This document shows, piece after piece, positions 35,229 through 40,623 of a stretch of 40,623 nucleotides of DNA; position 1 is the stretch's first letter, and every line of letters begins with the position of its first letter. Under the pieces are notes generated by a model. It was not told the DNA's origin. It worked only from the letters and a program-made list of their open reading frames with translations, and searched no databases. The DNA comes from Rubrivivax sp. GTDB taxonomy: Bacteria; Pseudomonadota; Gammaproteobacteria; Burkholderiales; Burkholderiaceae_C. Both the position numbers and the translations under genes were made by a program. Where the stretch lies: positions 1-40,623 of the forward strand of contig JBIJAP010000001.1 in assembly GCA_044345715.1 (NCBI GenBank), written 5' to 3'.

Positions 35229-35244
35229 GCCGGCGACTATAGCA
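35229..35244 (-). promoter_or_regulatory. tRNA promoter: extended -10 TGcTATAGT with GC-rich discriminator
   Basis: -10 at 35241-35236, just upstream of the tRNA 5' end. Confidence 0.6.
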
Positions 35245-35280
35245 CGGTTGGACACGGTAGCCGCGACAACGGGCGCCAAC

Positions 35281-36810
35281 TCAATGGGACGGGCGCCTCC
35301 ATAGCAGCGCCAGACCCACACAGCCCATCGCCACCAGCGCCAGCGGCCACAGGCCCAGGCGCGACGCCCACCCGGAGTAGGGCGTCAGCCCCTCGCGGCC
35401 CTCGACCGTGCCCGTCAGCACGCCACGGGTGTGTGGCGGCAGCGCTGCGGTCACCACGCCGCGGTGGTCGATCACCGCGGTGGCACCGGTGTTGGTGGAG
35501 CGCAGCATCGGCCGCTGCAGCTCCAGCGTGCGCAGCCGCGAGATGTGCAGGTGCTGCGCCACTGCGATGGTGTCGCCGAACCAGCCGATGTTGCTGAGGT
35601 TCACCAGCACGGTGGGCGCCGTGGCGGCGCTCGTGAAGCGGCGCGCGAGCTCTTCGCCGAACAGGTCTTCGTAGCAGATGTTCGGCCCCCAGCGCTGGCC
35701 CAGCGCCTCGAAGGGCTGCGGATGCGTCACGCCGCGCGCGAAATCGCCGAGCGGGATGTTCATCAGGTTGGTGAACCAGCGAAAGCCCGTCGGGATGAAC
35801 TCGCCGAACGGCACCAGGTGCCACTTGTCGTAGCGGTAAGGCGCGGCCTCGCTCTGAGCCGACAGGCCGACGACGCTGTTGGTGTAGTCGCCCTCGATCT
35901 GGCCCAGCGGCACGCCCACCAGCGCCGCGCGGCCGGGCACCGCGAAGTGGGCCTGCAGCTGCTCCCAGTAGCTGGGCGCGAACTCCTTCAGCTGCTCGGG
36001 CAGCAGCGGCACCGCGGTCTCGGGCGCCACCACCAGCGGCGCGGTGGCGCGCAGCAGCTCGCCGTGCACCCACACCAGGTTGGCCGGCAGGTGCTCGGCG
36101 GCGAACTTCTCGTCCTGAGCCACGTTGGTCTGCAGCAGCGAGACCTCCACGGTGCCGGTCGATGTGGTGAAGGCCGCCGGCGCCAGGCCCGCCACCCACA
36201 CGACACCAGTCGCCGCCGCGGCCGCCGCGAACTGCCTGCCGCGGCTGCACAGCAGTTGCACGGCGCCCGCGGCGGCCAGCGCCATCACCGCGCCGATGCC
36301 GTACACGCCCAGCCAGGGTGCGAGCGCGGCCAGCGGTGAATCGACCTGCGAGTAGCCCGCTGCAACCCACGGGAAGCCCGTAAACAGCACGCCGCGCGCC
36401 AGCTCGGCCAGCAGCCACAGGGCGGCGAACAGGGCGGCATCGAAGGCACGGCCACGGCGCCAGCGCGCGTACAGGCCCGCGGCCAGCGCGAGGTACAACG
36501 AAAGCGCCGCCGACAGCGCCGCCACCGCCGCCACCGCCAGCGGTGCAGGCAGGCCGCCATAACGGTGCATGCTGATGAACAGCCACCAGGTGCCGGCAGC
36601 CAGCCAGGCCGTGCCGTAGAGCCAGCCCAGCATAGCCGCGCGACGCGGCGTGGCGCCGTCGAGTCGCCACACCAGCACGGCCAGCGTCGCCATCGGCAGC
36701 GCCCAGGCCGCGGTGTGCACGAATGCCAGCGTCTGCAGTGCGCCCAGGCCGGCCGCCAGCAGCGCATCCAGGCCGCGCGGCCAGGGCCGCGCCGGCTCAG
36801 TCGACGTCAC
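35281..36810 (-). CDS. lnt: Apolipoprotein N-acyltransferase
   Basis: TGFPW, APETA, YDKWHLVPFGEFIP, NICYED, RSTNTGAT; GTG start tentative. Confidence 0.95.
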   Translation of the reverse strand: MTSTEPARPWPRGLDALLAAGLGALQTLAFVHTAAWALPMATLAVLVWRLDGATPRRAAMLGWLYGTAWLAAGTWWLFISMHRYGGLPAPLAVAAVAALSAALSLYLALAAGLYARWRRGRAFDAALFAALWLLAELARGVLFTGFPWVAAGYSQVDSPLAALAPWLGVYGIGAVMALAAAGAVQLLCSRGRQFAAAAAATGVVWVAGLAPAAFTTSTGTVEVSLLQTNVAQDEKFAAEHLPANLVWVHGELLRATAPLVVAPETAVPLLPEQLKEFAPSYWEQLQAHFAVPGRAALVGVPLGQIEGDYTNSVVGLSAQSEAAPYRYDKWHLVPFGEFIPTGFRWFTNLMNIPLGDFARGVTHPQPFEALGQRWGPNICYEDLFGEELARRFTSAATAPTVLVNLSNIGWFGDTIAVAQHLHISRLRTLELQRPMLRSTNTGATAVIDHRGVVTAALPPHTRGVLTGTVEGREGLTPYSGWASRLGLWPLALVAMGCVGLALLWRRPSH

Positions 36811-37699
36811 CGCCTTCGACCGAAGGCGAGTCGGGCACGCGTGCGACGCGGAACCAGCGCACGGCACCGCCACGCGCGATCATCACAGTGAAGGCCAGAC
36901 CGCCCACGGGCACCGTCTCGCCACGGCGGGGCACGCGGCCGTGCTCCTGCGCCACGTAGCCCCCGATGGTGTCGAAGCCGTCTTCGGGCAGCGTGGTGCC
37001 AAAAGCGTTGTTGACGGCCTCGATGCCCACGTCGCCGGCCACGCGGTGGGTGCCGTCGGCCAGCGTGTAGATGCCGTTTTCCTGCTCCTGCTCGTCGAAC
37101 TCGTCTTCGATCTCGCCGACGATCTCTTCGAGCACGTCTTCGATGGTGATGAGCCCGGCGGTGTTGCCGAACTCGTCGATGACGACGGCGAGGTGGTTGC
37201 GGTTGGAGCGGAAGTCGCGCAGCAACTCGTTCAGCCGCTTGCTCTCGGGCACGAAGACCGCCGGCCGCAGGAGCGTGCGCAGGTTCAGCTCGGGTGCGCG
37301 GTGCAGCTTGAGCAGGTCTTTCGCGAGCAGGATGCCGATGATGTTCTCGCGCGTGCCCTCGTACACCGGGAAGCGCGAGTGCGCGGTGTCGATGACGTTG
37401 CCGATGATGTCGTCGACCGCGGCGTCGATGGACAGCAGGTCCATGCGCGTGGCCGGCACCATCACATCGCCGGCGGTGAGATCGGCCATGCGCAGCACGC
37501 CTTCGAGCATCAGGCGCGACTCGGGCTCGATCAGCTCGCGGTGCTCGGCATCGGCGAGCGTGCGGATGAGCTCGTCCTTGCTGTCGGGGCCGGGCGAGAC
37601 GAATTCGACGAGTCGTTCGAACAGGCCGCGCTTGTCGCGCAGCTCCGGCACGCCGCGTTCAGGGACACGGTCGCGCCGGGTAGAGGCAGGGTCGGACAC
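36797..37699 (-). CDS. corC: HlyC/CorC CBS-domain Mg/Co transport-associated protein
   Basis: HSRFPV, LLAKDLL, FVPESK, VIDEFG...TIEDVLEEIVGEIEDEFD; standard synteny with lnt. Confidence 0.93.
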   Translation of the reverse strand: MSDPASTRRDRVPERGVPELRDKRGLFERLVEFVSPGPDSKDELIRTLADAEHRELIEPESRLMLEGVLRMADLTAGDVMVPATRMDLLSIDAAVDDIIGNVIDTAHSRFPVYEGTRENIIGILLAKDLLKLHRAPELNLRTLLRPAVFVPESKRLNELLRDFRSNRNHLAVVIDEFGNTAGLITIEDVLEEIVGEIEDEFDEQEQENGIYTLADGTHRVAGDVGIEAVNNAFGTTLPEDGFDTIGGYVAQEHGRVPRRGETVPVGGLAFTVMIARGGAVRWFRVARVPDSPSVEGGDVD

Positions 37700-37806
37700 G
37701 GGCTGTGCCGGCAGTCGAGAGGCAGCAAGAATACCCCAGCCCCTGACCGCCAGGCGCTTGCGGCGACAATGCGGGCCCCGTTTCGCCGCTGCGCTGCCAC
37801 CCTGCC

Positions 37807-38370
37807 GTGACCTCCGCTCCCGTCCCCAGCTCCCTCGCACGACTGGCCTTGCCCGTGGGCGCGATGGCGGCCGTGATCGTGCTGTCGAACTTCCTGGTGC
37901 AGCACGCCATCAACGACTGGCTCACCTGGGGCGCCTTCAGCTACCCGCTGGTGTTTCTGGTGACGGATCTCACCAACCGAGCGCTCGGGCCGCAGGCTGC
38001 GCGGCGCGTGGCCTTCATAGGTTTTGCGATCGCGGTGCTGGTGTCGCTGGCGCTGGCGCCCTGGCGAATCGCGGCGGCCTCGGGCGCGGCCTTCCTGTTC
38101 GCGCAGCTGATGGACGTCGCTGTGTTCAACCGCTGGCGCCAGGCCAGCTGGTGGAAAGCACCGTTGATCGGCTCGCTGGTGGCCAGCGTCGTGGACACCG
38201 CGGTGTTCTTCTTCCTGGCGTTTGCCGGCACCGACATGAACTGGCTGATGCTCGCCACCGGCGATCTGGCCGTGAAGGCCGCCATGGCCGCCCTGCTGCT
38301 GGCGCCCTACCGCCTGCTGCTGCCGCACCTGCAGACCTGGGCCGCGCCGCCTTCGGGGCTGGCCCGCTGA
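37807..38370 (+). CDS. yhhQ: Queuosine precursor transporter (VUT/YhhQ family)
   Basis: SNFLVQ...TWGAFSYPLVFLVTDL...AQLMD...DTAVFFFLAF. Confidence 0.85.
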   Translation: MTSAPVPSSLARLALPVGAMAAVIVLSNFLVQHAINDWLTWGAFSYPLVFLVTDLTNRALGPQAARRVAFIGFAIAVLVSLALAPWRIAAASGAAFLFAQLMDVAVFNRWRQASWWKAPLIGSLVASVVDTAVFFFLAFAGTDMNWLMLATGDLAVKAAMAALLLAPYRLLLPHLQTWAAPPSGLAR

Positions 38371-38390
38371 ACCGCATTCCGAGAACACAC

Positions 38391-39473
38391 ATGACCCAAG
38401 GCCTGATCCCCGCAACCATCCTGACCGGCTTTCTCGGCTCGGGCAAGACCACCCTGCTCAAGCGCATCCTCACCGAGGCCCATGGCCAGAAGATCGCCGT
38501 CATCGAAAACGAGTTCGGCGAGGAGAACATCGACCACGAGATCCTCTCGATCAACACCGAGGAGCAGATCATCCAGATGAGCAACGGCTGCGTCTGCTGC
38601 ACCATCCGCGAAGACCTGCGCGGCGCGCTGGCCTCGCTGGCGGAGAAGCGCCGCAAGGGCGAGTTGCAGTTCGACCGCATCGTCATCGAGACCACCGGCC
38701 TGGCCGACCCCGGCCCCGTGGCGCAGACCTTCTTCATGGACGACGAGATCGCCGAGAGCTACCTGCTCGACTCGATCCTGACGCTCGTCGACGCCAAGCA
38801 CGCGGGCCAGCAGCTCGACACGCGCCAGGAAGCGCGCCGCCAGGTGGGCTTCGCCGACCAGATCTTCCTGAGCAAGACCGACCTCGTGCCCGCGGCCGAG
38901 GTCGAGGCGCTGAGCCACCGCATCAAGCACATGAACCCGCGCGCGCCGCACCACAAGGCACATTTCGGCGAGGTGCCGATCGCGGATGTGTTCGACCTGA
39001 AGGGCTTCAACCTCAACGCCAAGCTCGACATCGATCCTGACTTCCTCAAGGACGACGGGCATGGCCACGATCACCACGATCACGATCATCACGACCACGA
39101 GCACGGCGAGCACTGCGACCACCCGTCCCACCAGAAAGACCACGCCCACGGCCACGCCAGTCATCACGCCCACGACGACGACGTGAAGAGCTTCGTCTTC
39201 CGCAGCGAGAAGGCCTTCAATCCGGCCAAGCTCGAAGACTTCCTCGGCGCCATCGTGCAGGTCTATGGCCCGAAGATGCTGCGCTACAAGGGGGTGCTCT
39301 ATATGAAGGGCTCCGACCGCAAGGTGGTGTTCCAGGGCGTGCACCAGCTGATGGGCTCCGATCTCGGCCCCAAGTGGGCGCCGGGCGAGAAGAAACTCAG
39401 CAAAATGGTGTTCATCGGCATCGACCTGCCCCGCGACGTGCTGTTGCAGGGCCTGGAGCAGTGTCTGGTCTGA
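38391..39473 (+). CDS. CobW/YjiA family GTPase with His-rich insert
   Basis: [28 protein letters not shown], long His/Asp tract. Confidence 0.93.
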   Translation: MTQGLIPATILTGFLGSGKTTLLKRILTEAHGQKIAVIENEFGEENIDHEILSINTEEQIIQMSNGCVCCTIREDLRGALASLAEKRRKGELQFDRIVIETTGLADPGPVAQTFFMDDEIAESYLLDSILTLVDAKHAGQQLDTRQEARRQVGFADQIFLSKTDLVPAAEVEALSHRIKHMNPRAPHHKAHFGEVPIADVFDLKGFNLNAKLDIDPDFLKDDGHGHDHHDHDHHDHEHGEHCDHPSHQKDHAHGHASHHAHDDDVKSFVFRSEKAFNPAKLEDFLGAIVQVYGPKMLRYKGVLYMKGSDRKVVFQGVHQLMGSDLGPKWAPGEKKLSKMVFIGIDLPRDVLLQGLEQCLV

Positions 39474-39652
39474 ACCCCTTGCCCCGCCGTTGGCTCGGCC
39501 GCCCGCACCGGGTTTCCACCGCCCTCGTAGGCGGAGCCTGGTGAGCCGGGATCGCGTGGCTACAATCCGCGCGCCTTGAAGGGGGCAGCCCGTGTGGCAA
39601 CCCCTCCCGAATAAGCGATTCCAGGACGTTCCCGAAAGGGGAGGAGGTCCCC

Positions 39653-40426
39653 GTGAGCAAGCCACCAGCCAAGGCAGCGGCCGCCAGCAAGACCGGCCCT
39701 GCCGCCAAGGCGCCCGCAACGGCCGCCGTTCCCGCGAAGACGGCCGCCACGCCTGAACCCGCAACCAAGGCGGCCCAGACGAAGGCCGCCGCCCCTCGCT
39801 CTGGCGGCAAGTCGGCCTCGTCCAAGGCCGAGCCCAAGATCGCGGCCAAGGACGTGCCACCCGCCTTCTCGCCGATCCCCGGCGCCAAACATGGCTTCGC
39901 TGAGCGCTTCGGCCCGGCCGCCAAGACTTCATCCCGAACGATGCCCGAAACGGCCGATTTCAAAGCTGCCCCCAAAGATCCGAAACTCGTCAACGCCTGG
40001 AAGTCCAAGGCGGGTCGCGAGCTCTCCGAGGCCGAACTGCTGGCCATGCCGGAGACGGAGTACATGAACGACAAGCAGCTCGATTTCTTCCGCGCCCGCC
40101 TGGAGCAGCAGAAGGCCGACCTGCTGTCGAGCGCCGGCGAGACGACCGAGCACCTGCGCGAGGACACCTCCATCGTGCCGGACCCGGTGGACCGCGCCAC
40201 GATCGAGGAAGAGCACGCCCTGGAGCTGCGCACACGCGACCGTGAGCGCAAGCTGCTGAAGAAGATCGCGCAGGCCCTGGCCCGCCTCGACAACGGCGAC
40301 TACGGCTTCTGTGACGAGACCGGCGAGCCCATCGGCCTGCAGCGCCTGATGGCGCGACCGACGGCCACGCTCTCGCTCGAGGCGCAGCAGCGCCGCGAGA
40401 TGAAGCAGAAGATGTTCGGCGACTGA
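39653..40426 (+). CDS. dksA: RNA polymerase-binding transcription factor DksA with Lys/Ala/Pro-rich N-terminal extension
   Basis: YMNDKQLDFFR, PDPVDRATIEEE, RTRDRERKLLKKI, YGFCDETGEPIG. Confidence 0.95.
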   Translation: MSKPPAKAAAASKTGPAAKAPATAAVPAKTAATPEPATKAAQTKAAAPRSGGKSASSKAEPKIAAKDVPPAFSPIPGAKHGFAERFGPAAKTSSRTMPETADFKAAPKDPKLVNAWKSKAGRELSEAELLAMPETEYMNDKQLDFFRARLEQQKADLLSSAGETTEHLREDTSIVPDPVDRATIEEEHALELRTRDRERKLLKKIAQALARLDNGDYGFCDETGEPIGLQRLMARPTATLSLEAQQRREMKQKMFGD

Positions 40427-40506
40427 ATCCCGGCGCTGGAGTCGGCCCGAGGGGCCGCTTCCTTCAGGTCCGGGGCGTCTCGGACGCGAGGTACGATCAC
40501 TGCACC

Positions 40507-40623
40507 ATGTCCGAGCAAGAGAAGAACGAGAGCTTCTTCCGCAAAGTGGTGAGGTTCGTCGCGAACCCCGCCACGGATTGGGCCGACCTCAACACGCGCC
40601 AGGAAGAGACCAAGGAGCTCGAG
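40507..40623 (+). CDS. Partial CDS running off the window edge (possibly the STAS-domain protein that follows dksA in Burkholderiales)
   Basis: Open frame MSEQEKNESFFRKVVRFVANPATDWADL...; product inferred from recalled synteny only. Confidence 0.6.
   Translation, partial: MSEQEKNESFFRKVVRFVANPATDWADLNTRQEETKELE

Noticed and set aside
37700-37806. preQ1 riboswitch upstream of yhhQ
   Set aside because: No recognisable preQ1 stem-loop or A-rich tail

Overview
High-GC DNA from a probable Burkholderiales betaproteobacterium (inferred from gene content and synteny), in three zones. (1) About 0.5-27.4 kb is an amide/nitrile catabolic cluster. It holds a signature amidase, aliphatic amidase AmiE with AmiC/AmiR, a second AmiC-like sensor with a MarR regulator, and a Co-type nitrile hydratase with a split beta subunit. 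It also has a metal/redox module: CobW, NiCoT, peroxiredoxin, TonB receptor and two 2Fe-2S ferredoxins. Interleaved are three paralogous tubulin/FtsZ-fold proteins, a 108-aa unknown protein, and two CbbQ/NorQ + CbbO/NorD (AAA+/VWA) pairs, with no Rubisco or NO reductase in the window. The tubulin-like operon has its own sigma70 promoter and a dual-hexaloop/terminator leader with the same geometry as the amiE leader. A shared palindromic operator occurs at five promoters. The largest tubulin-like protein carries a C-terminal CxxxCxC motif. This module is the best candidate for an undescribed system; its function is inference only. (2) About 27.4-35.1 kb is cargo plus the integration module (xis-int, HTH, arm-type repeats, IHF-like site) of an element inserted at the 3' end of tRNA-fMet. 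(3) About 35.1-40.6 kb is core genome: tRNA-fMet, lnt, corC, yhhQ, a CobW/YjiA GTPase, dksA and a partial CDS. No database searches were run; all family calls come from motif recognition.
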